A DNA stretch of 60,603 nucleotides from assembly GCA_021767645.1 (NCBI GenBank), contig JAASSY010000001.1, positions 1 through 60,603 on the forward strand, read 5' to 3'. Of the stretch, positions 26,506-36,133 are shown in pieces. This stretch comes from Candidatus Parcubacteria bacterium. Lineage in GTDB: Bacteria > Patescibacteriota > Minisyncoccia > Phycocordibacterales > UBA918. The position numbers and the translations under genes were made by a program. The notes below the pieces were generated by a model. That model saw only the letters and a list, made by a program, of their open reading frames with translations. It ran no database searches and was not told where the DNA came from. The stretch's first letter is position 1. Each line of letters starts with the position of its first letter.

Positions 26506-28533
26506 CTACTCAACCACTCGGCCATTTTGTTCCTCAAAGCCCGCTTCGAGTGACATCTCGGTCGTCCGGGCTGGATAATCATCACGGACAGTGGTGCCAG
26601 TGAAGTCATCTGTAGCGCGGAAACTTTGTTCATTAAGAATCACTGGCGTCTGCCCTACTTGCGTTCGACTTGGTGTTACTCCAACCTGAAACGAAACATA
26701 GGCAGTGTCGTTAGCATCCATGTTGCCGAGCGCCCACGTGATTGAACGACTGGTACTGTTGTAACTGACGAGTCCGTCACCGGTAGTCTGGTCAAGCCAG
26801 CTGACGTAGGTTGGCAATACGGCAGTCACTTCACTTTCTGATACATCGTTAGAACCATTTTCAACCATCATGGTAATTGTGTACGTTGTTTGCTCCTCAG
26901 CTTGTGGTGGGATTGGTCCGCTATCAGAAAACTGTCCACTACCGTGAGTAACGGTAGATTGAATTTCTGGCATTGAGACAACGCGCACAGCACCCGCAGC
27001 TGTACCCATCAGTGTCTCGGCTACCTGTGACTCTCGCACACGCCGTGCCCGTACGTCTACATCCATAGTCACTTCTGGTGTTTGATCAACTGCTGTGTCT
27101 GGTGTCACCACGAACGCAATCCGGGTCGAGTCGCCTGGCTGCAATTCGCTCAACTCAGGAGAATTAGACACATCCCACACAATCGTGTCACGCGCTGAGT
27201 CGTAAAAACCGTTAGGCGGACCTACCTCGAGATCAGCAATTGCGTTGCCGCCCAGCACGACATCGACTTCAATGTCATAAATAGTATCTTTCAGTGTGTT
27301 CGTAATCTCAACACTTGCGTTCACCGGCTGTCCAGGATCAACTACTTTAGTGTCGTTCACGACGTTACCCATCGAAAGAGCTACGTTTAAAAATGGCTGC
27401 TCGATGACAAACTCGGTTTGAGCAGCACCAAACACCGCTGCCATCTGATCACGATCGCGGTCATCTGGCACACCAACGGTAAAGTTCATGGCGTATTCGT
27501 CTGTTTCGTTACCGATCACCACACCGCTCACCACAATGGTAGCTGAACCCTCCGGCTCAAGATCTTCTATCAGCCAGACGTTTTCGCCAGAATATGGCCG
27601 GGGTTCAGCCGATTCAAAATCAAACCCAATCGGGTACTCAGCGCGCACAAGTACGTCAGATAACGTAGTCGGTGCATTACTGTCGATAGTAATTGCTACG
27701 TCAGTACTCTGTCCAGAAGAAATTTGCTGCAGTGCCTCAGTTGTAATGGAAACTGGTGAAGAGCTGATCTTGTACCGAAGCGGATCCGCCTCTTTCACAA
27801 AGCGGGCATTAGAACCCTCAACCCGGTACTCGATTGATACGTCAATTATCTGTTCTTCATTTTCTTCACCAAAGACTACCGCCCGAAGTGGTACGTTGAC
27901 CGTTTCACCACTAGCGATTGTATCGAGTGGTAAGCGCTCATTGAACAATTGTCGATTTTCATCACCCGCCGATACCGTACCCGGATGGTACTCGACAATC
28001 AAAATAGCTGACTGGATTGGCACGACATTGTCATTGGTAACCGCAACCTGCACTGGCATCACCTCACCTCCACCGACGGTAAACGGCCCTTCCACGGACA
28101 CTGAGATATTCTCTCCAGAGATAGTATTATTGCCAAACAGCATCAAGAAGCTCGACACTAGTAAAGCACCGACAAAGAACGCCAGGCCGAGCAGGATAAT
28201 TTTTTTACGGTACTGTTTGCGTTTAGTTGTGCCCATAGGTCGCGGTGGGGTGTTTGTGCCTGACGGCACTTGTTTGGTGACAGCAGCCGGGCGTTTGACT
28301 GAGCTACTCGACGACGCTGGAGTTGTTTCTGCTGCAGCTTGTTCTGCCTCAATCCGAGCCGCTGATTTATGTCGAGTGTTATCAGAAGACTGCTTAGTTG
28401 TCGGCCACGATGTGGGCACTTCGGTTTTCGTGTCGTTTAACTGATGGTTCTGTCGCTTCGGAACCGGATTGCCACGCTCGTAGAGTCGGCGGCGAAGTTC
28501 TTCAATATTTTCGCTGTCTTTAATACCTCCCAT
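26506..28533 (-). CDS. Large membrane-anchored extracytoplasmic protein, beta-rich repeats (hypothetical)
   Basis: 675 aa with a basic, disordered N-terminus, one TM (IILLGLAFFVGALLVSSFLMLF), then repeated beta-sandwich-like segments. Confidence 0.8.
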   Translation of the reverse strand: MGGIKDSENIEELRRRLYERGNPVPKRQNHQLNDTKTEVPTSWPTTKQSSDNTRHKSAARIEAEQAAAETTPASSSSSVKRPAAVTKQVPSGTNTPPRPMGTTKRKQYRKKIILLGLAFFVGALLVSSFLMLFGNNTISGENISVSVEGPFTVGGGEVMPVQVAVTNDNVVPIQSAILIVEYHPGTVSAGDENRQLFNERLPLDTIASGETVNVPLRAVVFGEENEEQIIDVSIEYRVEGSNARFVKEADPLRYKISSSPVSITTEALQQISSGQSTDVAITIDSNAPTTLSDVLVRAEYPIGFDFESAEPRPYSGENVWLIEDLEPEGSATIVVSGVVIGNETDEYAMNFTVGVPDDRDRDQMAAVFGAAQTEFVIEQPFLNVALSMGNVVNDTKVVDPGQPVNASVEITNTLKDTIYDIEVDVVLGGNAIADLEVGPPNGFYDSARDTIVWDVSNSPELSELQPGDSTRIAFVVTPDTAVDQTPEVTMDVDVRARRVRESQVAETLMGTAAGAVRVVSMPEIQSTVTHGSGQFSDSGPIPPQAEEQTTYTITMMVENGSNDVSESEVTAVLPTYVSWLDQTTGDGLVSYNSTSRSITWALGNMDANDTAYVSFQVGVTPSRTQVGQTPVILNEQSFRATDDFTGTTVRDDYPARTTEMSLEAGFEEQNGRVVE

Positions 28534-28551
28534 GTTCCCTAGTATACCCTA

Positions 28552-29139
28552 CTATAGCTGACTCGCAGCCTTGGCAGACACCAACTGTTGACTGATATAC
28601 GTGTCAGTTGCGCGACTCACTCCGCGCGATACCGCTGTCACTGAGGGGGCGTTTAACACTTCTTGTAGAGCTTCTGAGGAAGCTAAGTAACCAAGCTGAT
28701 GGAGGGCGCGAACTTCAAAAATAGTCAGCAACTCATCACCTTGTGACATATCCGTCAACACCGACAAGAGAGGTAGTGTGGCTACTACATCGTCAAAGAC
28801 TGACACGAGTGGTTCTTCTCCCTGCACAAAGCGGCGCAAAAAACGCACGAGTGTGACGACACTCGCTCGACCAGCACGCTGGGGTGCCCTAAGATAGGCA
28901 TTATCAATCGCCTCGACACTACCAATACGCCATCCGGCCTTGCCTTTCACAAGCGACACTCGAATGTGCGCATAGTCTTGTAGCGCAAACCGTTGCCGGC
29001 TCCGCTCTTCTCGTACACTGCGTGCCGTTGCCCACACCATACCGGCCTGCCGCGTAAACAGCAGGTAGGAACGGTCGGATGTATTGCTGTCTCGACTACC
29101 ACAAACAACAGCTTCAGTCGTGTAGGTCACATAGCCCAT
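28552..29139 (-). CDS. recO: DNA repair protein RecO-like (short)
   Basis: Starting at the ATG at 29139 (MGYVTYTTEAVV..), the N-terminal OB-like region and helical C-terminus resemble RecO. The ORF-track 5' extension overlaps rpsT and the terminator. Confidence 0.5.
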   Translation of the reverse strand: MGYVTYTTEAVVCGSRDSNTSDRSYLLFTRQAGMVWATARSVREERSRQRFALQDYAHIRVSLVKGKAGWRIGSVEAIDNAYLRAPQRAGRASVVTLVRFLRRFVQGEEPLVSVFDDVVATLPLLSVLTDMSQGDELLTIFEVRALHQLGYLASSEALQEVLNAPSVTAVSRGVSRATDTYISQQLVSAKAASQL

Positions 29140-29170
29140 AGACGTAGTATAGCAATCACCGCAGTATACA

Positions 29171-29194
29171 AAAAACCGCCAGCGGCGGTTTTTT
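29171..29194. terminator. Terminator downstream of rpsT
   Basis: AAAAACCGCC-agc-GGCGGTTTTTT. Confidence 0.8.
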
Positions 29195-29206
29195 AAGGCA
29201 ATACGC

Positions 29207-29467
29207 TTACGCGTCTTTGACAGCCTTGACGAGGCGAGACTTCTTACGAGCAGCCGTGTTTTCCTTGATAACACCGCGCTTGGCTGCCTTATCGATCGCC
29301 TTGTACGCGGTTGGCATGAGCGCTTCTGCCTCTTTTCGCTCACCAGCTGTAACGTGTTTGCGGATCTTTTTCACCACGTCATTCATGGCTCGCATACGGC
29401 GCATGTTGAACACACGCTTGCGAAGCGATGAACGATGGGCTTTTTTGGCTCCAGTAGTAATTGGCAT
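29207..29467 (-). CDS. rpsT: 30S ribosomal protein S20
   Basis: MPITTGAKKAHRSSLRKRVFN.., 86 aa starting at the ATG at 29467. Confidence 0.9.
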   Translation of the reverse strand: MPITTGAKKAHRSSLRKRVFNMRRMRAMNDVVKKIRKHVTAGERKEAEALMPTAYKAIDKAAKRGVIKENTAARKKSRLVKAVKDA

Positions 29468-29523
29468 AATTGAATACTTTCTTAAAGTGGCGCTACTATA
29501 CTGCAACTAACCTAAAAACGCAA

Positions 29524-32500
29524 CTACTCTACCACTGTCAGACTTACCGTGAAGGAATGTTCACCAACGACAACCTCACTGCCATCCGTATCTTTGTAGA
29601 CAATGGATTCAGCACCGACGGTCTGCATAATATCTGCCTTGTGAGCGTCGATTAGTGCCTGCCCTCCATCTGAAGTTTGGACCGCCAACTCTATCCGATC
29701 GTGTTGGGCTAAACCTGCTTCTTTCCGCAGCCCTTGGATGGCGCGCATCAATTCACGCGCCTCCCCTTCTGCTTGTAACGCCGCAGTTAATGTGAGGTCG
29801 AGCTCTGCGATCGACTTACCACCAAGCGACACTGTCTTGACGTTTACCTCATCGGCAATGATCTGCTGATACTCAGGTGAGACGTCACAATTCGTCGTCA
29901 GCGACGCGAGTGGCTGACGCACTTTCACACCGGCTTTCGTACGTGCTTCAAGTGCTGCTGAGACAATCTCGCGCGTCACGCTCATGGCTGAGAGTACAGC
30001 TTCATCTGCTGCAGCTGCCATTGGCCAGTCAGTGAGGTGGACGCTTTCTGGCTCAGCCTCACTGCGAACAGACCGGTATAGATGTTCGGCGTAAAACGGC
30101 ATCGCTGGTGCCATCACTTGGGCTAGCGTTTTGAGTACGTGTCGCAATGTAGCTAGTGTCGCATCGCGGTCAGCTGCGTCGCTTCCCTTCAGTCGATCAC
30201 GACTCCGGCGGAGATACCAGACCGATACGTCATCAATAAAGTCAGTGATTGGCCGAGTAGCCTTATCAAGTTCGTAGGACCGATAGCCGCCCGTGACCGC
30301 CGCGACTAGTTGGTTGAGGCGAGCCAGTACCCACTGGTCAAGGACATGGGTGGAGTTTGTCTCAGCCGCGATACTTCCGTCGGCAAACATTTCGTACATC
30401 GAGAGTACATTATGCAACCGACCGATGTTTTTCCGTTGCAGCTCCTGCACCTCTTTCTCAGAGAAATTAAGGTCTTCCCCTTTGATAATTGATGATGTCA
30501 GAAGGTAAAAACGCATCGCATCAGCCCCTTGCCGCTCAACCAGTTCGACTGGGTCTGGGTAGTTTTGTAGCGATTTACTCATCTTCCGACCGTCTTCGGC
30601 CAAGACTAAACCGTTCACAATCACGTTCTGGTACGGTGACTTACCAAAGAGTGCTGTCCCCAGCACAATCAGCGAGTAGAACCAACCCCGAGTTTGGTCA
30701 AGCCCTTCCGCGATAAAGTCAGCGGGGTAACCCTTGTTCTTCTCGGGGTTAAACGTATCGAGGTTAGCAAACGGATAATGGTTCTGGCCGTACGGCATCG
30801 AACCACTCTCAAACCAGCAATCAAACACGTCAGGAATCCGTTCGAGTTTCGTGTCACCGTCGTAGAGATCGATGTTGTCAATGTATGGTCGATGGAAGTC
30901 GAGTTCGTAGTCGTCGTTGTGAGGGTACCGAGTAAACTGGATTGACCGTACCTCACCATTGCCGAACTGCTTACCTTCGTTATCACAATTAAATTCGTTC
31001 GCGTATGGTTCACCAGTAGACACATGTTCCAGAGCGGTTAAAGGACTATTGTGTCCCACCACCAGGATCGTCTCATTCTGGTGTGTCGCCTCTGTGTCAA
31101 AGAGAAAATCTCCGACGCGCCGACGCACATCAAGCCACGACTCACCCTGCTCGGTGCGTGCTTGGTACCACTCCGCACCCGTTACCACTTCACTACGGTA
31201 GGCAGCGCCAGCTTTGCCTTCATACTCAGGCAGCTGAATTTCTTGTATCCGGTCGTCATACACTACAGCCGACTCGTCCAAACCGAGTTCGGTACGGATA
31301 ATAGCAGCCGTGGCTTTGGTGCGCTCAAACGGTGAACAGATGATCTTCGTAATACCGTACTGTTTCAACTCAGTCACGGCTGCAAGCACTTGTTCTTTAC
31401 CAGCTGCAGTAAGTGGATTAGCCTCGGTGATATCAGTTTGTACAGTGTCAGTAGCGTTGCTTTCACTTTCACCGTGCCGCATCAGTAGGTACTGGTTGTT
31501 AGGGTTCGGCACATACGCTTGCAGCTCCTCCAGTGAACCAAAGATTTTTACGTCCTTGGTCGCTGGGTTGCACCAGACTGGCAGTGGTGCTCCCCAGTAG
31601 CGCTGTCGACTGACCGCCCAGTCACGCGCACCTTCAAGCCACTTCCCAAACCGCGCTCGTCCGACGTGTTCCGGCACCCAGTTGATACGGTTATTCTCAG
31701 CTACGAGCTCATCTTTGATGTCGGTCACTTTTACGAACCAGCTGGTCGTCGCGTAGTTTAAAAGTGGTGTGTCACAGCGCCAACAGTGCGGGTAGCTGTG
31801 GGTGATGTTCTCCTTACGTAACAACTTACCCGCTGCCTTAAGGGCTTTGACAATCTCGATGTCAGCGTCGAGGTGGGTCACCCCGGCGTTCTCGTCGTCT
31901 TTTGGCTTCACCAGCTGACCGGCAAAGTCGGTCACTATGTCCATGAAGTGTCCACTCTCACTGACATGGTGCACAATCGGGATGTGGTTCTCTTGCGCCA
32001 GCTGCATATCCTCATCACCGTAGGCAGGTGCCAAGTGGACCGCTCCGGTACCCTCATCCCCCAGTTCGACGTAGTCGGCGTGGTAGATGGTCCAAGCGTT
32101 CTCCTTATGTTCGAAGTCTTGGTCTTTGAAGTACGCAAACGGCGGCTCGTACCGACGACCGACCAAGTCGCTTCCGGCTATTTCCTCCAATATCTCGTAA
32201 CTGTCAGTAGCGAGTTGTTCCAGGCGATCTTTTGCTAGGATGACGTTCTCGGTAGCCGCATCAGTAGTGACCGCTACTTTAACGTAGGTGTGGTCGTTAT
32301 GAACCGCGGCGGCCATGTTGCCCGGTAACGTCCAGGGTGTGGTAGTCCAGACTAAGAGGCTGGTGTCTGTCACCTCCCCTTGTTCGTCCAGGAGCGGCAG
32401 CTTAACCGTCACGGCAATATCTTTGGTGTCTTTGTAGCCCTGGTTTACCTCAAAGTTTGAAAGCGTCGTACCACAGCGCGGGCAGAGGTGCATCGACTTG

Positions 32501-33042
32501 AAGCCTTCATACACCAGACCTTTGTTATCAAGCTCCTTAAAGACCCACCACACGCTTTCCGTGTAGCTACTGTCCATGGTCTTGTAGTCGTTCTCCATAT
32601 CGACGAAGCGACCCATCCGGGGAACAATTTGCTCCCAGTCGTCAGCGTAGCGCATGACGGTACCACGGGCTTTTTCGTTGAAATTTTGGATACCGTATTC
32701 CTCAATGTCCCGCTTGGTCGCAAGGCCGAGCTCCTTCTCAATCAGATTCTCGAGTGGCAAGCCGTGGCAATCCCACCCCCACCGTCGCGGGACGTGATAA
32801 CCATTCATCGTCCAGAAGCGCGGTATCGCGTCTTTGATGGTGCCGGCTAAAATGTGGCCGTAGTGTGGCAAGCCGGTGGCAAACGGTGGACCGTCGTAGA
32901 AAATAAACTCTCCGTTTGGGGCGTCTTTCTCCAGTGTTTTATGAAAAATATTGTGCTCGCGCCAAAACTCGAGAATGGCTGCTTCGCGCTTAGCGACGTC
33001 ACTGGTCTGCACCTCTGGTGCTGTTTGGTTGGTTGTATTCAT
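29524..33042 (-). CDS. ileS: Isoleucyl-tRNA synthetase (type 2) carrying an inserted histidine-phosphatase-like domain
   Basis: PPFATGLPHYGHIL, the CP1 editing domain, and KMSKSLQN. The likely start is MNTTNQ at 33042. About 205 aa with RHGESESN, CSPFERTKATA, GESWLDVRRRV and VVGHNSP are inserted between GSLEELQ and LDFHRPYID. Confidence 0.95.
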   Translation of the reverse strand: MNTTNQTAPEVQTSDVAKREAAILEFWREHNIFHKTLEKDAPNGEFIFYDGPPFATGLPHYGHILAGTIKDAIPRFWTMNGYHVPRRWGWDCHGLPLENLIEKELGLATKRDIEEYGIQNFNEKARGTVMRYADDWEQIVPRMGRFVDMENDYKTMDSSYTESVWWVFKELDNKGLVYEGFKSMHLCPRCGTTLSNFEVNQGYKDTKDIAVTVKLPLLDEQGEVTDTSLLVWTTTPWTLPGNMAAAVHNDHTYVKVAVTTDAATENVILAKDRLEQLATDSYEILEEIAGSDLVGRRYEPPFAYFKDQDFEHKENAWTIYHADYVELGDEGTGAVHLAPAYGDEDMQLAQENHIPIVHHVSESGHFMDIVTDFAGQLVKPKDDENAGVTHLDADIEIVKALKAAGKLLRKENITHSYPHCWRCDTPLLNYATTSWFVKVTDIKDELVAENNRINWVPEHVGRARFGKWLEGARDWAVSRQRYWGAPLPVWCNPATKDVKIFGSLEELQAYVPNPNNQYLLMRHGESESNATDTVQTDITEANPLTAAGKEQVLAAVTELKQYGITKIICSPFERTKATAAIIRTELGLDESAVVYDDRIQEIQLPEYEGKAGAAYRSEVVTGAEWYQARTEQGESWLDVRRRVGDFLFDTEATHQNETILVVGHNSPLTALEHVSTGEPYANEFNCDNEGKQFGNGEVRSIQFTRYPHNDDYELDFHRPYIDNIDLYDGDTKLERIPDVFDCWFESGSMPYGQNHYPFANLDTFNPEKNKGYPADFIAEGLDQTRGWFYSLIVLGTALFGKSPYQNVIVNGLVLAEDGRKMSKSLQNYPDPVELVERQGADAMRFYLLTSSIIKGEDLNFSEKEVQELQRKNIGRLHNVLSMYEMFADGSIAAETNSTHVLDQWVLARLNQLVAAVTGGYRSYELDKATRPITDFIDDVSVWYLRRSRDRLKGSDAADRDATLATLRHVLKTLAQVMAPAMPFYAEHLYRSVRSEAEPESVHLTDWPMAAAADEAVLSAMSVTREIVSAALEARTKAGVKVRQPLASLTTNCDVSPEYQQIIADEVNVKTVSLGGKSIAELDLTLTAALQAEGEARELMRAIQGLRKEAGLAQHDRIELAVQTSDGGQALIDAHKADIMQTVGAESIVYKDTDGSEVVVGEHSFTVSLTVVE

Positions 33043-33132
33043 ATAGGGTTGTTGTATATCAGACAATAATTGAGCGGCTGCTCTCGTACGCGTATCAGGC
33101 GTACTGAACCATCCTAGCACTATTTTGTAATA

Positions 33133-33159
33133 TGAAAAGCGGCGCATACAGCGCCGCTT
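33133..33159 (-). terminator. Rho-independent terminator of 33163-33474
   Basis: AAGCGGCGC-ataca-GCGCCGCTT. On the - strand it is followed by TTTTCA. Confidence 0.7.
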
Positions 33160-33162
33160 ATT

Positions 33163-33474
33163 CTAATCAGAATGATCCGCAACCGTGGATTGTATATGCA
33201 TAAGTGTTTTGAAAAACAGCACCGCCAACAATCCAAACTGCAAAAACACAACCAGCGCTCTATGCTCTTCCATGGCTAGCAGCAAACAACCAGCTAACAT
33301 TGGGACGAATATAGCGTTGCCGTAGTGCGCGGCCACTAAAGTAGTTGGAATAGACCATTCATCTTCCAACTCCACTACTTGTGCAAACATCCACACAGCA
33401 CACCATGTTAGCCCCAAAATAATTATCCAAAGAACTGTCAAGCCTACCGTGAAAGCTATTTCATGAACAGTCAT
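33163..33474 (-). CDS. Small membrane protein (103 aa)
   Basis: MTVHEIAFTVGLTVLWIIILG.. AGGAG lies 7 nt upstream of the ATG at 33474. Three TM-like segments. Confidence 0.55.
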   Translation of the reverse strand: MTVHEIAFTVGLTVLWIIILGLTWCAVWMFAQVVELEDEWSIPTTLVAAHYGNAIFVPMLAGCLLLAMEEHRALVVFLQFGLLAVLFFKTLMHIQSTVADHSD

Positions 33475-33574
33475 TTTTTTCTCCTTGTGTCTACCCTGCC
33501 TGAAACATAACAAACTTAACTTATATATGCACGTAAAGCAAAACCGCGCCTGAATAGATCAAGCGCGGCAGTAA

Positions 33575-33847
33575 TCATTTGTCGTTATTGACCACCAGCT
33601 GCAGGCTGGTTGGTGATGTTATTTCACCCCGATGCTCAGGTGGCCACGTTGCCAGTGTTGGCTCACTCAGGCAATCTGTCAACGCCTCCCGATAATCAGC
33701 CTCTGTTGGGAGTGGTTCTGGCGGGGCCGAAAAGAGTTTGCGCCAGCACCTGACGGAGATCATTTCTCCAAAGAAGATGGTGCTCCAAAACCAATCCCAG
33801 ACAATAAAAGTAAAGCATACAAGCAGTAGTGTAAACGTGGTCGTCAT
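33575..33847 (-). CDS. Small membrane protein (90 aa)
   Basis: N-terminal TM (FTLLLVCFTFIVWDWFW). The start overlaps the stop of the upstream ORF in an ATGA arrangement. Confidence 0.5.
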   Translation of the reverse strand: MTTTFTLLLVCFTFIVWDWFWSTIFFGEMISVRCWRKLFSAPPEPLPTEADYREALTDCLSEPTLATWPPEHRGEITSPTSLQLVVNNDK

Positions 33848-34035
33848 TTTGACCCTCCTTGTTTGAGTATTGTTTGCGCTTCCTGATCGCCACGAAACGC
33901 TAATTGTTCGAGCGCTCGCTGATCTTTTTTAAGCTTCTCTGCATCGTACTGCTGAAGCCAGCGTCGCACGAAATACACCGCAACTCCAACTACCGGCACT
34001 AAAGCTGAGATGGCAAACCAGCTCCATGTCCACAT
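33844..34035 (-). CDS. Small membrane protein (63 aa)
   Basis: MWTWSWFAISALVPVVGVAVYFV.. Translationally coupled to 33575-33847. Confidence 0.5.
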   Translation of the reverse strand: MWTWSWFAISALVPVVGVAVYFVRRWLQQYDAEKLKKDQRALEQLAFRGDQEAQTILKQGGSK

Positions 34036-34149
34036 AGTGCGTCTCCTCTCGTTTGTACTTTTTTCCTGTCACTATTTAATAACAAATATATAAAAAGTCA
34101 ATACTATTGGGTAATGTCTAAACACTTCTGGCACTTTTTATCATCAAGC

Positions 34150-34362
34150 AGGCTCACATCTACCGAAACTGTCCTGAGGACCTTCACCACAGGCACTGGT
34201 ACTTCATAGTCGCTTTGCTCCTTGAATTACTGGCGCACAACTATGCCCTGCGGGCATTTGTTCATAGATCGATACCAGTTTGGTATATGTTCGCTTGGAA
34301 GGCTCACATCTACCGAAACTGTCCTGAGGACCTTCACAATATGCCCTGCGGGCATTTGTTCA
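34150..34362. repeat. Composite direct repeats (R1 38 nt x2, R2 23 nt x2) downstream of argS
   Basis: R1 aggctcacatctaccgaaactgtcctgaggaccttcac occurs at 34150-34187 and 34300-34337. R2 tatgccctgcgggcatttgttca occurs at 34242-34264 and 34340-34362. R2 contains the hairpin ATGCCC-tgc-GGGCAT. Confidence 0.85.
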
Positions 34363-34364
34363 GG

Positions 34365-36065
34365 TCACATCTGGTCTGGAGCTTCGATGCCAAGTACCCA
34401 CAAGCCGTTTTTGAGCGTCTGCCCCACAGCGGCTGCGAGTGTAGCTTTGTATGGTGCGTATTGATCGGACGGATCAGCGATCTTTTCCTGTGCGTACAGC
34501 GTGTTAAAGGCACTGGCAAGCTCAGTGAGAAAGGTAGCTACCTTATGTGGAGCTCGTTCCACGAGCGCGTCCGCTATCACTTCAGGGTAGCGGTACAACA
34601 GTCGCTCAACAGCATACGGCGCTTCGGGCACTGTCTCAGTACCTGACATAACACCAACTGCAGCCGCTTTTTCTAAGACTGAGTTAATACGGGCATGCGT
34701 GTACTGCAAGTACGGTCCAGACGCCCCTTCAAACGACAGAGCCTGCTCCTTATCAAACACTGTGTCTTGTAAAATACTGCCCTTGAGTGTGGTGTACTTA
34801 ATCGCTCCGATAGCTATCTGCTCAGCCAAAGCTCGATCAACCTGCCCCACTTCACCAGTTTGGGCAGTAGCCGCTATCCGGGTAGCAGCAGCGTCGGTAA
34901 TTTCAGCAATGAAATCATTGGCAGCTATGACGTCTCCGGTTCGCGAGGACATCTTACCGGTGCTCAAGCGCACCATACCGTGGCCAATGTGCTCTGTCTT
35001 GGCTGCCAACTCAGGATAAACAAAGCTCATTGCCTGAAGCAGCACTTTAAAGTACTCGTTGATTTCGTTGGCGGTCGAAACAACCGAATGGTCATACGCA
35101 CCCAGTGCGTCTTCCTTCATTTTTGCGAGCGCCAGCTCTTTCGCTTCGTAGGTAGGTAACCCTTCCGAATTGATAAACACCCGGGTATGCAGGCCGTACT
35201 CTTCACCCACGAAAACCTTAGCGCCGTCACTGTCGGTAAAAATAGCGTCATGCTGCAACACGAGCTCGCGCCCCTTCGGACCAGCTTCGCTTTCAAAGAA
35301 GTACGCGTCAAACTGGGTACCCAGCGTCTCGTAAATAGTTTCAAAGTACGCCAGCGACACTTCACGACCCTTGTCGTACAACGCATTAATCGTCTCATCG
35401 TCTCGTTCGTAGACGTGCTTGTTGATGGCTTTGATGGCCGCAACTGTCGAGGCCTCACCGGCTTTGTATGCGGTCGCACCATACGCGTAGGCTTGCCCTA
35501 AATCACCAGCCGAGATATCGGCTTTCTCACCAAGGCCAAGCTGCTGCACCCCCCATAATGTCATCGCGACGTGCATACCGACGTCGCCTTGATAATTCAC
35601 CTTTTTGGTGTCAGCACCGTTGGCAATAAATAATCGGGCCAGACTCTCACCCACTACGTTGGTAAACAAGTGGCCGATATGAAACTCTTTAAACGGGTTT
35701 GGGTCAGTGTACTCAACCAGTACCCGCTTACCAGCCCAGCTCTCGTTTGTACCCCATGAAGAACCTTGCTCACCTACGGCAGTAACTTGCGACACGAAAA
35801 AATCGCGGTGTAAGTGAACGTTAACAAAACCAGGGCCAGCTACTTCAACACGCGCCACAGCCGGGACAGCCGCTGTCACCAGTGGTGTCAGCTGCGCTGC
35901 CACCTCTCTTGGTGACTGACCGAGTTGTTTAGCCGCTGCCATAGCAGCATTGGTAGCGTAGTCGCCGTGAGTCAAATCTGTCGGGTGCTCCACAACAAAG
36001 GTAACGTCGGTAGCACCCAAGGTGCCTAACGCTTGCTGAATCGCAGTAGTAATCGTGTCTCGCAT
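34365..36065 (-). CDS. argS: Arginyl-tRNA synthetase
   Basis: 566 aa. EYTDPNPFKEFHIGHL (HIGH), MSSRTG (the KMSKS equivalent), and a DALR anticodon-binding C-terminus. Confidence 0.95.
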   Translation of the reverse strand: MRDTITTAIQQALGTLGATDVTFVVEHPTDLTHGDYATNAAMAAAKQLGQSPREVAAQLTPLVTAAVPAVARVEVAGPGFVNVHLHRDFFVSQVTAVGEQGSSWGTNESWAGKRVLVEYTDPNPFKEFHIGHLFTNVVGESLARLFIANGADTKKVNYQGDVGMHVAMTLWGVQQLGLGEKADISAGDLGQAYAYGATAYKAGEASTVAAIKAINKHVYERDDETINALYDKGREVSLAYFETIYETLGTQFDAYFFESEAGPKGRELVLQHDAIFTDSDGAKVFVGEEYGLHTRVFINSEGLPTYEAKELALAKMKEDALGAYDHSVVSTANEINEYFKVLLQAMSFVYPELAAKTEHIGHGMVRLSTGKMSSRTGDVIAANDFIAEITDAAATRIAATAQTGEVGQVDRALAEQIAIGAIKYTTLKGSILQDTVFDKEQALSFEGASGPYLQYTHARINSVLEKAAAVGVMSGTETVPEAPYAVERLLYRYPEVIADALVERAPHKVATFLTELASAFNTLYAQEKIADPSDQYAPYKATLAAAVGQTLKNGLWVLGIEAPDQM

Positions 36066-36133
36066 AGACCTGCACTATAGCAAATTATTATTGTAATAAC
36101 AGCGCTCCCGAGGCCGGTCCGCGGGTAACCACC

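Noticed and set aside
27488-28444. 318-aa + strand ORF, the longest unassigned ORF in the track.
   Set aside because: It lies entirely antisense to the 675-aa gene 26506-28533, which has a sensible architecture (TM anchor plus beta-rich domains). The + strand product is S/T/P/A-rich low complexity, typical of a shadow ORF.
33043-33147. 5' extensions of track ORFs: ileS to 33147, recO to 29343, rpsT to 29506, recA to 14084, folA to 41374, the methyltransferase to 58762, rplK to 43177, and tatD to 21775.
   Set aside because: The extensions add residues with no homology to the family N-termini, and they often overlap terminators, palindromes or neighbouring genes. Internal ATG or GTG starts match the expected N-termini.
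34150-34362. Considered whether the direct repeats here, or the four conserved 5' modules at 2.7-4.3 kb, could be a CRISPR array.
   Set aside because: There are only two copies of each repeat with irregular spacing, and the 2.7-4.3 kb repeats are the 5' ends of ORFs about 0.5 kb apart. No cas genes are present.
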